Source of the DNA: Candidatus Sericytochromatia bacterium
Lineage (GTDB): Bacteria; Cyanobacteriota; Sericytochromatia; S15B-MN24; JAQBPE01
Direction: 5' to 3'
Length of the DNA stretch: 64,000 bases
NCBI GenBank assembly: GCA_040400605.1
Contig: JBBAPZ010000006.1
Span: 97,524 to 161,523, forward strand
The translations under genes were made by a program, and so were the position numbers. Of the stretch, positions 48,708 through 60,040 are shown one piece after another. The notes beneath the pieces are model-generated. The model saw nothing but the letters and a program-made list of their open reading frames with translations. It was not told the origin of the DNA and searched no databases. Numbering within the stretch: position 1 is the first letter of the stretch; each line of letters opens with the position of its first letter.

Positions 48708-50009
48708 ATGCAACAGCGGGTGAAATGCGGGGTTGTCGTGCTGGGGTGCGGCGTGGTCGGTGGCGCGGTGGCGCATCGCCTAGCACAAGCGGATGAGCCG
48801 CTTTCTGTGCCGGGCGGCGTTGAGTTAACCCTGCTAGGTGTCATGGTTCGTGATTTACGGAAACCACGTGCGATATCGGCGGCATTGTTGAGTGTGGATG
48901 GCAGCCGGTTAATCAGTCACCCCGATTGTCATATCGTCGTTGAGGCATTGGGTGGTGTTGAACCTGCGCGCACCTTGATCTTGCAAGCGTTGAACCGAGG
49001 CGCTCACGTGGTGACCTCCAACAAGGAAGTCATTGCGAGGCATGGTCCGGAGTTGTTCGCGACGGCGCAAGCGTGTGGTGTGGCCTTGTTGATTGAAGGG
49101 ACGGTCGGTGGGGGCATTCCGGTCATGATGGTGCTCAAGGCGAGCCTGAGCGCCAACCGGTTAACTGAGGTCACAGGCATTATCAATGGCACCACCAACT
49201 ATATTTTGAGCGCCATGGCACAAAAAGGGCAGGAGTTTGAAGTGGCCCTGCAGGAAGCTCAGGCTTTGGGCTATGCGGAAGCGAATCCCCAATCGGATGT
49301 TGAGGCGTTTGATGCAGCTTACAAGATCGCGATTTTGGCCAATTGCCTGACGCCTCAGCGTATTCCCGTCGAGTCCATCCTCCGCGAGGGGATCACTGGC
49401 ATTACCTGTGTCGACGTGCGCTACGCGGGCGAACTCGGCTATGTGATCAAGCTGTTGGGCATTGCACGCAAAACACCAGGCGGATTGGATGTGCGGGTTC
49501 ATCCGGCCATGATACCGTCGCGTCACCCTCTTGCCAGTGTCAACGGCGTTAACAATGCCATTGCGATTCGGGGAGACCTGGTTGGCGAGGTTGTCTTGTT
49601 TGGGCCTGGCGCGGGCGCAGGGCCCACCAGTTCCGCCGTGCTGGGCGATGTATTGAATCTCGCCGCGCAACGGGAGACCCCCCATCCGCTGTGGTCGCAT
49701 TGGGTACCTGATGATGCAGCGTCGCCCGACGTGCGGGTATTGTCCGCGGAAGCGCGTGAAACGGCCTTTTACGTTCGCATTTTGGCTGAGGACCAACCCG
49801 GTGTGATTGGTACTGTCGGGGTGATTTGTGGGGCGTGTGACATATCGATTCGGATGTTGGTTCAAAAAAACCAGGCGAACGGGCACGCCGAAATCGTACT
49901 GGTTACCCATCGGACGCGTGAAGCCGGGATGCAACAAGCGTTGGAGCGTCTTCGACAACATGAACGCATTCACAGCATCCCGTCGGTAATCCGTGTTGAG
50001 GATTTGTAG
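48708..50009 (+). CDS. hom: homoserine dehydrogenase
   Basis: NAD-binding GVVVLGCGVVG, catalytic region and a C-terminal ACT domain. 433 aa. Confidence 0.9.
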   Translation: MQQRVKCGVVVLGCGVVGGAVAHRLAQADEPLSVPGGVELTLLGVMVRDLRKPRAISAALLSVDGSRLISHPDCHIVVEALGGVEPARTLILQALNRGAHVVTSNKEVIARHGPELFATAQACGVALLIEGTVGGGIPVMMVLKASLSANRLTEVTGIINGTTNYILSAMAQKGQEFEVALQEAQALGYAEANPQSDVEAFDAAYKIAILANCLTPQRIPVESILREGITGITCVDVRYAGELGYVIKLLGIARKTPGGLDVRVHPAMIPSRHPLASVNGVNNAIAIRGDLVGEVVLFGPGAGAGPTSSAVLGDVLNLAAQRETPHPLWSHWVPDDAASPDVRVLSAEARETAFYVRILAEDQPGVIGTVGVICGACDISIRMLVQKNQANGHAEIVLVTHRTREAGMQQALERLRQHERIHSIPSVIRVEDL

Positions 50010-50011
50010 GC

Positions 50012-51106
50012 ATGACGCTTTCTTACCAACCGGGTGATGCATCCAGCGCGCATTGGCCCGGGTTGTTGCAACGCTACCGCCAATTTCTGCCAATCCGTGA
50101 GTCAACGCCCATCGTGACGCTGAATGAAGGCAATACACCGCTTGTCTTGGCGAGTCGTCTGCAGCGTCAGCTCGGTATTGGTGTTCGTTTGTATTTCAAG
50201 CTGGAGGGTGCCAATCCAACTGGGTCATTTAAAGATCGCGGAATGACGATGGCGGTCAGCAAGGCGTGCGAAGCGGGGGCTGAAGCGATCATCTGTGCCT
50301 CAACCGGCAACACTTCCGCATCGATGGCGGCCTATGCCGCCCGTGCTGGAATCCGTTCGTATATGCTGGTACCACATGGTTACGTGGCGCTCGGTAAACT
50401 GGCTCAGGGATTGCACTACGGCGCGCAGGTACTGTCCATTGAGGGTAATTTTGATCAAGCACTTGAACTGGTGCGCGCGCTGAGCGCACGCTATCCGGTC
50501 ACGCTGGTCAATTCGGTCAATCCTGATCGCATCGAAGGTCAAAAAACGGCGGCATTCGAGGTGGTTGACGCGCTGGGTGACGCGCCGGACATTTTGGCGC
50601 TGCCGGTTGGAAACGCGGGCAACATCACCGCGTACTGGAAGGGATTTAAAGAGTACCAAGCGGCGGGAGTGGCAAGCCGTCTACCCCGGTTGCACGGGTA
50701 CCAGGCAGCGGGTGCCGCGTCGTTGGTCATCGGTTCTCCGGTGGTCAACCCGGAAACGGTTGCCACGGCGATTCGGATTGGTAATCCTGCGAGTGCGGCG
50801 GGCGCCAAACAGGCGATCGCAGAATCACATGGCACGATTGCTGCTGTAAGTGATGACGAGATTCTGGAAGCTTATGATCTTCTTGCGCGTGAAGAAGGCC
50901 TGTTTTGTGAGCCAGCCTCTGCGGCGTCCTTCGCGGGCATTCTCAAGCAGGCCCGCGAAGGATGCCTTGCCAACGACTCAAACATCGTCTGCATTTTAAC
51001 CGGCAACGGCCTAAAAGACCCTGAACGCGCCATTGGGCGTGTGTCTCAGCCTTTGTTGCCGCTTCCTGCGAGTTTAAGTGCCGTCGCACGTTCGCTGGGT
51101 TGGTAA
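50012..51106 (+). CDS. thrC: threonine synthase
   Basis: PLP lysine motif GANPTGSFKDRG. It follows hom with a 2-nt spacer. Confidence 0.9.
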   Translation: MTLSYQPGDASSAHWPGLLQRYRQFLPIRESTPIVTLNEGNTPLVLASRLQRQLGIGVRLYFKLEGANPTGSFKDRGMTMAVSKACEAGAEAIICASTGNTSASMAAYAARAGIRSYMLVPHGYVALGKLAQGLHYGAQVLSIEGNFDQALELVRALSARYPVTLVNSVNPDRIEGQKTAAFEVVDALGDAPDILALPVGNAGNITAYWKGFKEYQAAGVASRLPRLHGYQAAGAASLVIGSPVVNPETVATAIRIGNPASAAGAKQAIAESHGTIAAVSDDEILEAYDLLAREEGLFCEPASAASFAGILKQAREGCLANDSNIVCILTGNGLKDPERAIGRVSQPLLPLPASLSAVARSLGW

Positions 51107-51188
51107 GCGCATGACCAAAGACAAAACGCTGTCACAAGCTTGGGCGACAAATCATTGATGCCAAACGATTGTAACAAGGAGTTACCGA

Positions 51189-51602
51189 ATGACTGAAGCG
51201 CCGAGCGCCTTGCTCCGTGTCCGGATGGGGGCCCATGACGCCCATTATGCGGGTGATTTGGTCGCAGGTGCCACCTTGACAGCCTTGTTCGGGGATGTTG
51301 CCACGGAGTTGCTCATACAACTGGATGGTGACGAAGGGCTGTTCGTGGCCTATGACAACATTGAATTCAAGGCGCCTGTGTTTGCTGGTGACTACCTGGA
51401 GGTACGCGGTACCATCACACGGATTGGCAATACATCGCGAGCGATGTCCTTTACAGCTCACAAAGTCATTCAGTTGTGCCGCCGTGAGGGGCTCGCGCCG
51501 AGTGCCGCGGAGGTACTGGGCGAACCGATTTTGGTCGCAAGGGCCAGTGGCACCTGTGTCACGCCCAAATCCTGTCAAAGGCATTCGGCACCGCAAACGT
51601 GA
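51189..51602 (+). CDS. hotdog-fold protein (resembles the 3-aminobutyryl-CoA ammonia-lyase / thioesterase-like family)
   Basis: [34 protein letters not shown] and the overall ~135-aa size fit a hotdog fold. The subfamily call is from memory and tentative. Confidence 0.5.
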   Translation: MTEAPSALLRVRMGAHDAHYAGDLVAGATLTALFGDVATELLIQLDGDEGLFVAYDNIEFKAPVFAGDYLEVRGTITRIGNTSRAMSFTAHKVIQLCRREGLAPSAAEVLGEPILVARASGTCVTPKSCQRHSAPQT

Positions 51603-51764
51603 CAATGCCGGGAAGGTGCATTGAGGGGTGACCGAATGCTTGGTTTACCGTGAATGGCAGCGCGTGATTGCCTGATTTTTTGAACTTGCCACACACGGTT
51701 TTGACATCGACCACTACGTCACTGTTTAGCGGTTCAACGGTTATGGCGTTGTTGGTACACGCGA

Positions 51765-52469
51765 TCAAAAGCCGAGTTGATAGATCCGGCGGTAATCACG
51801 CAGTTCATGGAAGTGTACGAGGCGTTCGTGGGGTTGAAAGACTGCGCACGCGGGCGGGTGGGGATCATATTTGAGTTGGGCGGTGCAACCGACGTTGATG
51901 ATGTAGCGATCCGCCGGATTCAGTTCCACCGTGTGGTGCCCGGTTTCCAGTGGGTGATCCGTGCACCAGTGTGCTTTGTTGGCAGGCCAATGATGCAAAC
52001 GGGTGCGGTGGGTATGGCCCGCGAACATGACGGATTGCGTCAGGCGCGCAAAGGTATCCCGAATGGTTTCCGGAAGTCGCAACAGTGCAAATGGGTTACC
52101 GATGGTCGCGTGGGTGTACAAAACGTCATGTTCCGTCAGTTGCAGCGGCAAGGTCGCCAGATAGTGTTTGTTTTCGTCACTGAGATCGGTACGGGCCAAC
52201 TCGGTGTGGCGACGCGATTGTTCGCTGAAAAAATGCAATTGTTCCAGTTGATGTTCAGGAATGGTGACGCCGATGTCGTGGTTGCCTTTGATCACGGGAA
52301 TGTCGGGGCGTGCCCGAAAAAAATCGACGACAGAATTGTGGGCGTGTCCGTGAACAACGAGATCACCCAAGCAGATCAAGCGGTCGACGCCTTGACGTTC
52401 CAGGTGATCGACAACCCGGCAAAAAGGGTCCCAGTCGCTGTGGATATCGGTCAAAATGCCGATGCGCAT
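51765..52469 (-). CDS. metallophosphoesterase (calcineurin-like)
   Basis: MRIGILTDIHSD...LICLGDLVVHG...GNHD...GHTH metal-binding motifs. Confidence 0.7.
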   Translation of the reverse strand: MRIGILTDIHSDWDPFCRVVDHLERQGVDRLICLGDLVVHGHAHNSVVDFFRARPDIPVIKGNHDIGVTIPEHQLEQLHFFSEQSRRHTELARTDLSDENKHYLATLPLQLTEHDVLYTHATIGNPFALLRLPETIRDTFARLTQSVMFAGHTHRTRLHHWPANKAHWCTDHPLETGHHTVELNPADRYIINVGCTAQLKYDPHPPACAVFQPHERLVHFHELRDYRRIYQLGF

Positions 52470-52800
52470 GCGCTTGCTCCTTGGTTTTTCCAAAACGAAG
52501 CCTTGGTGCTTATTATGCCACTCCCGAAGCGCCTTCGAAACCGCCGCAGCGCAAGTGAGCGTGAAACAGCGCAAACATCGTTGATGGAATCAAGCCAATC
52601 ACTCGCTGGCAGTCGCGGCAAGCCAGGCGGTCATGTGTCTGTATCGTCCAGACGGTGGCGCTTCAGACAATAGCACCAAGCTTTAACGGATCACGGTTCA
52701 CCCAGATCGCCGTGGCCCTGCACGTGGCGCATCCAAGCGCGGCGAGAACGCATCGGACGAATATTTGACGGCTCACGCCAGAAAAAATGATAATGGATTT

Positions 52801-55146
52801 GTGGATATCAAGACGCTGAATGTTCTCGAGTGGCCGTTGGTTTTGGAAATCCTGGCAGGGTGTGCGCGCACGGCTGCAGGTGAGCGTCAATGTCGTGAAC
52901 TGCGGGTTGCAAGCACGTTTGACACCATTCAACGTTTGCTTCAGACCACCGCGCAGTGTCGGGCATTGATTGGCGCTCACGGTGAGCTGTCTTTTGAGGG
53001 TGTGACGGACTTGTCCGAGTCGCTTTTGCGATGTCGTCGGGGTGTGACCCTGCGCGGCGGCGAATTGCTTGCGATCGCTTCGACGCTGCGTCAGGCGCGC
53101 CTCCTGAAAGAGCGCATCGTTGCGCACAGTGACGATTGCCCGTTACTTGAGGAAATTGTTGAGCCTATTGCGAACCTTTCAAGCCTCAACACCCGCATCT
53201 TTGAGGCATTTGAGCCTTCCGGGGCTGTCGCGGATCGCGCAAGTTCGGAATTGGCGCAAATCAGAAATCGAATGCGCGATTTGCAAACGCAGATCCGGGC
53301 CAAACTGCAGGAGTTGATCCATCATGCACCGCAGGCTTTACAAGAACCGATCATCACGATTCGGGCGGAGCGTTTTGTCTTGCCGGTACGTTCAGACGCG
53401 CACGGGCAAATACCGGGTATTGTGCATGACCAATCCGCATCGGGGGCGACCCTGTATGTGGAACCCTTGGGGGTGGTACCCCTAAACAATGCGTGGCGTC
53501 AGGCCGAGCTTGCCGAACAGATAGAAGTTGAGCGTATCCTTGCGGAATTGACTGAATTGGTAATGGCCCATGCGGATGCGATTCACTGGACGCATGAGGC
53601 GCTCACAGATCTTGATGTCGTGCATGCGAAAGCCATTATGGCAGACCGTTTGGGAGGCGTGTGCCCCGAGTTGGCGCAAGACGGCCATACCCGTCTGCGT
53701 GGTGCCCGCCATCCGGTGCTTGCCAATCGTCTCGGCGGGCAGGTGGTGCCGATTGACATCGCGCTTGGCGGGCGCACACGGGCTCTGTTGATTACAGGAC
53801 CCAACACCGGTGGTAAAACGGTGACACTTAAAACCTTGGGATTGTGCGTGTTAATGACGCAAAGCGGCATGCATCCACCGGTCGGGAATGGCACCCAGAT
53901 TGCGCCAATTCGACAATTGTTCGCGGATATCGGCGATGAGCAGAGCCTCAATCAGAATTTGTCCACATTTTCTGGCCATATGACCAATTTGATTCGGATT
54001 TTGGAGGCTGCGGACGGGCAGAGTTTGCTATTGTTGGATGAGCTTGGGGCAGGAACGGATCCAGCTGAGGGCGCGGCGTTGGCTCAAGCGTTGATAGAGG
54101 CTTTTTTGGAAAAAGGGGCGACGCTTGCTGCGACAACGCATTATGGGGAATTGAAGTGGCTGCGTTACCAAAATTCGCTGATCAACAACGCTGCGGTTGA
54201 GTTCGATCTGGCGAGTCTGGCCCCGACTTACCGCCTGCTGATGGGCGTGTCCGGGCAGTCGATGGCCTTGGCGATCGCCAATCGACTCGGGCTAGACGTC
54301 AGCGTCACGGGCCGTGCGGATGTCATGTTGCGCGCACGGAGCAATGAAACGACCGAGTTGATGGACGCGGTCATTCGTGATAGGCACCGGGCGGCCGAAC
54401 TCCTCGAACGCGCTCAGAAAAACAACACCCGGGCTGAACAACTCAAGCGCGAATACGAGGAAAAAGTGGCCGCGTGGCGTGAGTATCGAGCCAAACTCGA
54501 AAATGAGAGCAAAGAGAAGATCGCACAGCAATTGCGTTCCGCAACAGGCGAAATCGCCGCCATCATTCGTGAACTGCAAGGGGTTAACACCGCACAAGCC
54601 GCACAAAAAGCGACAGAACGGCTCAAAAAATTCGAAAAACCTCCCAAATCTCCGCGTGCCGCACGTATGGCGCCACAGGAAGAAGCATTGACCATCGGCA
54701 AGAGTGTGTTTATTCCCCGCCTGGGTCAAAGCGGAAAAATTTCCGCCCTGCCGGATTCAGACGGTAATCTGAGCGTTCAAGTGGGGATCTTGACCGTTAA
54801 CGTCAAATTGAGCGATCTGAGTTTAAAAAATGGCGCAACGCTGACCAACACACCCCAACCGCCAAGGCGCAAAACCGGTTCAATCGTGATTCCCGATCTC
54901 ACACCGGCAACCACGTGTGATCTGCGTGGATTGCTCAGCCACGAGGCGATCGCAACCGCCGACAAATTCCTTGACGACGCGCTGCGCACAGGCCTGCGCG
55001 AGGTCACCCTGATTCATGGCGCCGGCACCGGTGCACTCAGAAACGCCCTTCGCGCTTGGCTCAAGACCCGCCCACTGATCCAGCGCTTCACTCCCGGCCG
55101 CCCCCACGAAGGCGGCGACGGGGTAACACTGGTACAACTTCCATAG
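52801..55146 (+). CDS. mutS2: endonuclease MutS2 (MutS domain + C-terminal Smr)
   Basis: Walker A ITGPNTGGKTVTLKT and a C-terminal Smr domain (DLRGL...LIHGAGTGALR). Start ambiguous between GTG 52801 (VDIKTLNVLEW) and TTG 52765. Confidence 0.8.
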   Translation: MDIKTLNVLEWPLVLEILAGCARTAAGERQCRELRVASTFDTIQRLLQTTAQCRALIGAHGELSFEGVTDLSESLLRCRRGVTLRGGELLAIASTLRQARLLKERIVAHSDDCPLLEEIVEPIANLSSLNTRIFEAFEPSGAVADRASSELAQIRNRMRDLQTQIRAKLQELIHHAPQALQEPIITIRAERFVLPVRSDAHGQIPGIVHDQSASGATLYVEPLGVVPLNNAWRQAELAEQIEVERILAELTELVMAHADAIHWTHEALTDLDVVHAKAIMADRLGGVCPELAQDGHTRLRGARHPVLANRLGGQVVPIDIALGGRTRALLITGPNTGGKTVTLKTLGLCVLMTQSGMHPPVGNGTQIAPIRQLFADIGDEQSLNQNLSTFSGHMTNLIRILEAADGQSLLLLDELGAGTDPAEGAALAQALIEAFLEKGATLAATTHYGELKWLRYQNSLINNAAVEFDLASLAPTYRLLMGVSGQSMALAIANRLGLDVSVTGRADVMLRARSNETTELMDAVIRDRHRAAELLERAQKNNTRAEQLKREYEEKVAAWREYRAKLENESKEKIAQQLRSATGEIAAIIRELQGVNTAQAAQKATERLKKFEKPPKSPRAARMAPQEEALTIGKSVFIPRLGQSGKISALPDSDGNLSVQVGILTVNVKLSDLSLKNGATLTNTPQPPRRKTGSIVIPDLTPATTCDLRGLLSHEAIATADKFLDDALRTGLREVTLIHGAGTGALRNALRAWLKTRPLIQRFTPGRPHEGGDGVTLVQLP

Positions 55147-55268
55147 AGACCCCAAGCCGCGCCTGATGCGCCACGGTCAACGCGCGCTTGCACGACCGTC
55201 CTGGCTCCGGTACTATGAGACCTCGGTAAATGACGCATTAATACATTGTAAAAGGAGCAGTTGCCATC

Positions 55269-55721
55269 ATGGGAGAGCGAACGTTTCTAGCCATCAAGCC
55301 TGACGGTGTCCAGCGCGGTCTGGTTGCTGAGATCGTGAGACGGTTTGAGCAAAAAGGATTCAAGCTGGTCGGCCTGAAGTTGATGCATGTGACGCGTGAG
55401 CAGGCCGAGACGCACTATGGTGAACACAAGGGCAAGGGGTTTTTTGAAGGTCTGGTGAGTTTCATCACGTCGGGGCCGATTGTGGCGATGGCGTGGGAAG
55501 GTCCGAATGTGATTGCGACGGCGCGCAAGATGATGGGCGCAACCAATCCCGCCAACGCAGAAAGCGGAACGATTCGGGGTGATTTGGCGACTGATATCGG
55601 TCGTAATGTGATCCACGGGTCCGATGGAGTGGAAAGTGCCGAGCGGGAGTTGGGTATTTTCTTCCGTCCCGAGGAGTTAATTGACTGGTCTCGTACGGGT
55701 GAGGGTTGGTTCAAGGAGTGA
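55269..55721 (+). CDS. ndk: nucleoside diphosphate kinase
   Basis: [17 protein letters not shown]...NVIHGSD (active-site His). 150 aa. Confidence 0.95.
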   Translation: MGERTFLAIKPDGVQRGLVAEIVRRFEQKGFKLVGLKLMHVTREQAETHYGEHKGKGFFEGLVSFITSGPIVAMAWEGPNVIATARKMMGATNPANAESGTIRGDLATDIGRNVIHGSDGVESAERELGIFFRPEELIDWSRTGEGWFKE

Positions 55722-55869
55722 GCAAAGGGGGTGGGGGTCTGTCCAAGAGACGGGCCCCCGCCATCGCTTTGTGGCATCGACAGCGATGATTGTTTGTGAC
55801 TATCGGGGCCTTTATACGCGCCACCGCTCTCGGGGCGGGGTTTGCGCGTGGCGTTTGGTGGTTTTTTTG

Positions 55870-57072
55870 ATGGCGTTTTGGGTTTTTTTCGCGCTTGCCA
55901 GCTTGGTTGGCGGGGCGGAACACTCGCAGGTCGCATGGGCTTCGGATAGCCGCGCCGCGTCTGGCTCAACGATTGGCCAACCGCACCCGGTGGGGACCGA
56001 AGCGCGAAACGAAACGGCAACGGTGCTCCCGGCGAAGGATCACATTGCCGATGAGCGCGACGTGATGGAAACCGAGCCGCAGTTCGAAACGGCAACGGTG
56101 ATTACGGTGAACGCGCTCGATAACGATGAGCGCGAAGTGATTGTTTTGGTCACAAGTGGTATCGAGAAAGGCCGCGAGGTCAAAATCTTACAGGCATTGA
56201 CCGGCCAGGCGAACATGGACCTCTCAATCAAACCCGGTGATGGCGTGATGGTAGCTGTATTGCCCTCCGAGGACGGTGCGGGAAACGAGTATCAACTGGC
56301 TGATTGGCAACGGGGTCGACCATTAACCATTCTAGCAATCGCACTCGGACTGGCGATCGTCGCGGTGGGGGGACTGCGTGGCATCAAAACCCTAGTGATT
56401 CTTGGCTTGGCCTCTGCAAGCATCGTGTTTGGACTCATACCGCTGACCCTTGCTGGCGCCTCGCCGCTTCTTGTCAGCATCGTGCTGGCCGGTTTGGTGG
56501 CTTTGGTGACCACGGGGCTTACAAGCGGCTGGGGACGAAAAAGTTTGGCGGCAGTACTGGGAACCTTGGCAGCTGTCGCGACAACGGCCTTGCTGGCGTA
56601 CGGGCTTGTTGATCACGCACACCTGAGTGGCGTCGCAGGCGAAAACCCCGATGCACTGGTTGGACAGGTGATTAACTTTCCGGGTTTCCTGGCTGCCAGC
56701 ATGGTCATCGGAAGCCTCGGGATTATCCTCGATTTGGCACTTTCCATCTCGGCTGCAGTCTGTGAAGTGGCGGAAACCAATCCTGCGGCGCCCGCAAAAA
56801 CCCTGCTACAAACCGGTTGGCAAGTGGGTCAAGACCTGCTTTCAACGGCTGGCAACACACTGGTCATGGCCTATATCGGCTGTTTCATGCCCCTTATGTT
56901 GGCACTGGGCGCGCAACCAATCGACCCCACCCAGATCATGCATTCCGAGGTTATCGCCAATGCGGCAGGAAGCTTGTTGGTTGGCTTGTTCGGACTGGTG
57001 ATCAGCATTCCCTACACCACCTGGATCGTCGTCGCCCTTCCTGCAAGGACCGCCAAACCTCACAAATACTAA
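55870..57072 (+). CDS. YibE/F-family membrane protein
   Basis: N-terminal TM, a soluble acidic region, then six TM helices with the glycine-rich pattern of the YibE/F family. Start uncertain; ATG 55786 or 55870 are both possible. Confidence 0.55.
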   Translation: MAFWVFFALASLVGGAEHSQVAWASDSRAASGSTIGQPHPVGTEARNETATVLPAKDHIADERDVMETEPQFETATVITVNALDNDEREVIVLVTSGIEKGREVKILQALTGQANMDLSIKPGDGVMVAVLPSEDGAGNEYQLADWQRGRPLTILAIALGLAIVAVGGLRGIKTLVILGLASASIVFGLIPLTLAGASPLLVSIVLAGLVALVTTGLTSGWGRKSLAAVLGTLAAVATTALLAYGLVDHAHLSGVAGENPDALVGQVINFPGFLAASMVIGSLGIILDLALSISAAVCEVAETNPAAPAKTLLQTGWQVGQDLLSTAGNTLVMAYIGCFMPLMLALGAQPIDPTQIMHSEVIANAAGSLLVGLFGLVISIPYTTWIVVALPARTAKPHKY

Positions 57073-57315
57073 CCGTGCATCATGACCAAATGGCACACCG
57101 AGTCACCACCCAACACGGACATCCAACGCGTCTTGTATTAGCCGCTACTGCGGGTTCTGCCTACTTGCCTTTAGCGCTTTCTGCACCACTCTTGCTGGAT
57201 TGCAATGCATTTTGTTAACCTAAAATTAAATGTTGTATAACCGTAAAATTGGCAAGTTCGAGTTGCAGTTGCCAGATAGCATCAAGGAGTCTTCATCAAG
57301 TGGGGAGGTCTTAGG

Positions 57316-58563
57316 ATGGTGCGGCCCGGGCGAAAATCATGGCAGGCAGGTTGGCTGTGCGCGTGTCTTATGTCGGTTTCGTGCGCACAATCGGGGGCTG
57401 TTCCGGGGCTTGTTCGCAAGGCGGAGGCTGTTTCCAAGCCGATTTTGAGTGCCAAACGGCTGGCGGGTGTGACAAGTTCTGAAGTGGTGGTGGCGTCAAC
57501 CGGTGCAACGGTACCGCAAGTGGCGGATGGGCAGCGGTTGGATAGTTTTGAATTTTCGGGGACCCAGTATCATTTGTTCCGCTTGAAGCAGGCGAGTGAT
57601 TGGAGTAGAGTGGCCTCGAGTGTGCGCAGGCAAGCCGATGTGGTGGCCTGTGAAACCAATTTGCCGGTGACGGCGTTGAATGATGAAACGTGGCCGGATG
57701 ATGAATTCTTCCCGTTGCAATGGTCCTTGCAGGCGAAGCGAATTCCACAGGTGTGGTTGCGCGGCAAAGGGTCGATCGATGTGACCGTGGCGGTGATTGA
57801 TACGGGTGTGGATGCATCGCATCCGGATTTGCTGAACCGGGTGGTAACCGGTCCTGATTTTGCGCATAAACCCAAGAATCTGCTGGACCGGCGTGACAAA
57901 AACGGTGCGATGGATGAGGGTGGACACGGGACGCATTGTGCGGGAATCATAGCAGCCAATGCGAACAACATTGTGGGAATTGCGGGTATCGCGCCGCAAG
58001 TCAGAATAATGCCTGTACGGGTTTTGGATGAAAAGGGGCTCGGTCATCAGTTCAATGTGATGAAGGGCATTGCGTATGCGATCAACCAGGGGGCGCGGAT
58101 CATCAACCTGAGTCTGGGCGGTAATCGCACCTCCAGCGTGGAGCGACGTTTTTATGAGGCAGCCGTACAATCCAAGACCTTGATCATCGCGGCGGCAGGC
58201 AATGGGGGCGAGTCTCTGGACTTTCCCGCCGCCTATCCGGGGGTTTTGTCTGTGGGCGCAACCAATGAACGCGGCGAGTTGGCCTACTTTTCCAACCGTG
58301 GCACAGCCCTCAGCTTGACGGCGCCAGGGGTTGGTATCCTGTCAACCTATCCCAACCAAGCCTATGCCAAAACCAGTGGCACCAGCGCTGCGGCGCCATT
58401 CGTGGCAGGGGTTGCAGCGTTGGTCTGGTCACAGCACCCGGACTGGTCCCCACAACAGGTACGTGACCATCTGGAAAGAACGGCGGATGATCGTGGTGCG
58501 CCAGGCATTGACCCCTTGTACGGTCGGGGTGAGATAAACCCTGTCGCGGCCGTCAACAATTAG
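57316..58563 (+). CDS. secreted subtilisin-like serine protease (S8)
   Basis: Signal peptide plus the catalytic triad motifs AVIDTGV (Asp), HGTHCAGIIAA (His) and GTSAAAPFVAGVAAL (Ser). GGGGAGG RBS upstream. Confidence 0.85.
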   Translation: MVRPGRKSWQAGWLCACLMSVSCAQSGAVPGLVRKAEAVSKPILSAKRLAGVTSSEVVVASTGATVPQVADGQRLDSFEFSGTQYHLFRLKQASDWSRVASSVRRQADVVACETNLPVTALNDETWPDDEFFPLQWSLQAKRIPQVWLRGKGSIDVTVAVIDTGVDASHPDLLNRVVTGPDFAHKPKNLLDRRDKNGAMDEGGHGTHCAGIIAANANNIVGIAGIAPQVRIMPVRVLDEKGLGHQFNVMKGIAYAINQGARIINLSLGGNRTSSVERRFYEAAVQSKTLIIAAAGNGGESLDFPAAYPGVLSVGATNERGELAYFSNRGTALSLTAPGVGILSTYPNQAYAKTSGTSAAAPFVAGVAALVWSQHPDWSPQQVRDHLERTADDRGAPGIDPLYGRGEINPVAAVNN

Positions 58564-58824
58564 GCTGGCAGTCAGAAATATGATTGCTGGAAACTGCAGC
58601 AACCATCGATGACTGAAACGTTGTCAGGCCCTTTTAACAAGGGCTGACAGCGTTGCCTGGGCCCGTCATCCCGTGCTGTCACTACGAAGCATCGTCAAAA
58701 CTTTGCTATACTGATAGCCTATGGTTCAGAGCCGGGGTTAACCCTGGTTGCCGCGTGGCTTCACCGATGTCCCGTTCCGATGGTGTGCGGGTTTGCGCGG
58801 TTTCAGAAAGGAAGCAATCTTGCG

Positions 58825-59802
58825 ATGACAACGCCCCGATACGTCTTTTTCAGAAACGAATTCGTGCCGTACGAACAGGCAAAGGTCAGCGTCATGACCC
58901 ACGGTCTCAATTACGGCACGGGTTGTTTCGAAGGCATTCGCGCCTACTGGAATGCGGAGCACGAGGAGTTATACATTCTGAAAATGGTGCCGCACTTTGA
59001 ACGCATTCATCAATCGGCGCGGATCATGTTCATGAACCTTGAGTACAACGTGGAACAGTTATGTGACATCACGTTGCAGTTGTTGCGGCTCAACGCCTTC
59101 AAGGAAGATGTATACATTCGCCCATTGTTGTACATGGCGGACGAAAAAATCGGCGTGCGCCTGCACGGTTTGCGGTCTGATTTTACGATGTTTGCCACCC
59201 CGATGGGTGATTACATTGATACGAGTGGGATCAAAGTGGGGGTATCCTCGTGGCGGCGGATTGATGACAACGCAGTGCCAGCGCGGGCAAAACTGACCGG
59301 CGCGTACATCAATTCGGCTTTGGCGAAAACGGAAGCCTATCATCATGGCTATGACGATGCGATTTTTCTGAATGCCGATGGCCACGTGTCGGAAGGCAGT
59401 GCAATGAATCTGTTCTTGGTGCGCAACGGTCGCATGATGACACCTGGGGTGCAGCACAATATCCTGGAGGGAGTGACCCGTCGCGCGGTGATGAAGATTG
59501 CGCAAGAAGAATTGGGAATCGAGACGGAAGAGCGTTCGATCGATCGCACGGAACTCTATGTGTGCGATGAAATGTTCTTTTGTGGGACGGGTGCGCAGAT
59601 ATCCCCGGTGGTCTCGGTGGATATGCGACCGGTGGGCGGTACTGGGCAAATTGGCCCCGTGACGCGGCAAATCATGGAACACTATGCACGAGCGGTGCGT
59701 GGCAATCATCCACGGTTCGCCGATTGGGTCACGCCAGTTTATCGCTCGCACGAAACTGGCTCTGGAGCGGTTATACCCGGCGTCAGCACAGTCAACGGTT
59801 GA
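58825..59802 (+). CDS. ilvE: branched-chain amino acid aminotransferase
   Basis: Class IV aminotransferase pattern (FFRNEFVPYEQAKVSVMTHGLNYGTGCFEGIRAY...EGSAMNLF...). Confidence 0.85.
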   Translation: MTTPRYVFFRNEFVPYEQAKVSVMTHGLNYGTGCFEGIRAYWNAEHEELYILKMVPHFERIHQSARIMFMNLEYNVEQLCDITLQLLRLNAFKEDVYIRPLLYMADEKIGVRLHGLRSDFTMFATPMGDYIDTSGIKVGVSSWRRIDDNAVPARAKLTGAYINSALAKTEAYHHGYDDAIFLNADGHVSEGSAMNLFLVRNGRMMTPGVQHNILEGVTRRAVMKIAQEELGIETEERSIDRTELYVCDEMFFCGTGAQISPVVSVDMRPVGGTGQIGPVTRQIMEHYARAVRGNHPRFADWVTPVYRSHETGSGAVIPGVSTVNG

Positions 59803-60040
59803 TGGGCCAAACGATAGTGCGCTTGCATCATCACGTAAGGAGCAGCCTGCGCCAGCCGCTTTCGTCGTGATCCAAGCGCACTGTCCGACAATATCAGCCG
59901 CCGGATTGCAGTCAATGCAACGTGGTTATCCATTTAAACTGTCACGTAAGACAAGCGTTCACATCGTAGTCAAAAACACCCAAACATTAACACTAACTGC
60001 CTTGTCGGCGGACAAGAGCTCACGTTAAGTCAGGGCGTCG

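Noticed and set aside
59059-59751. 230-aa minus ORF
   Set aside because: Antisense to ilvE.
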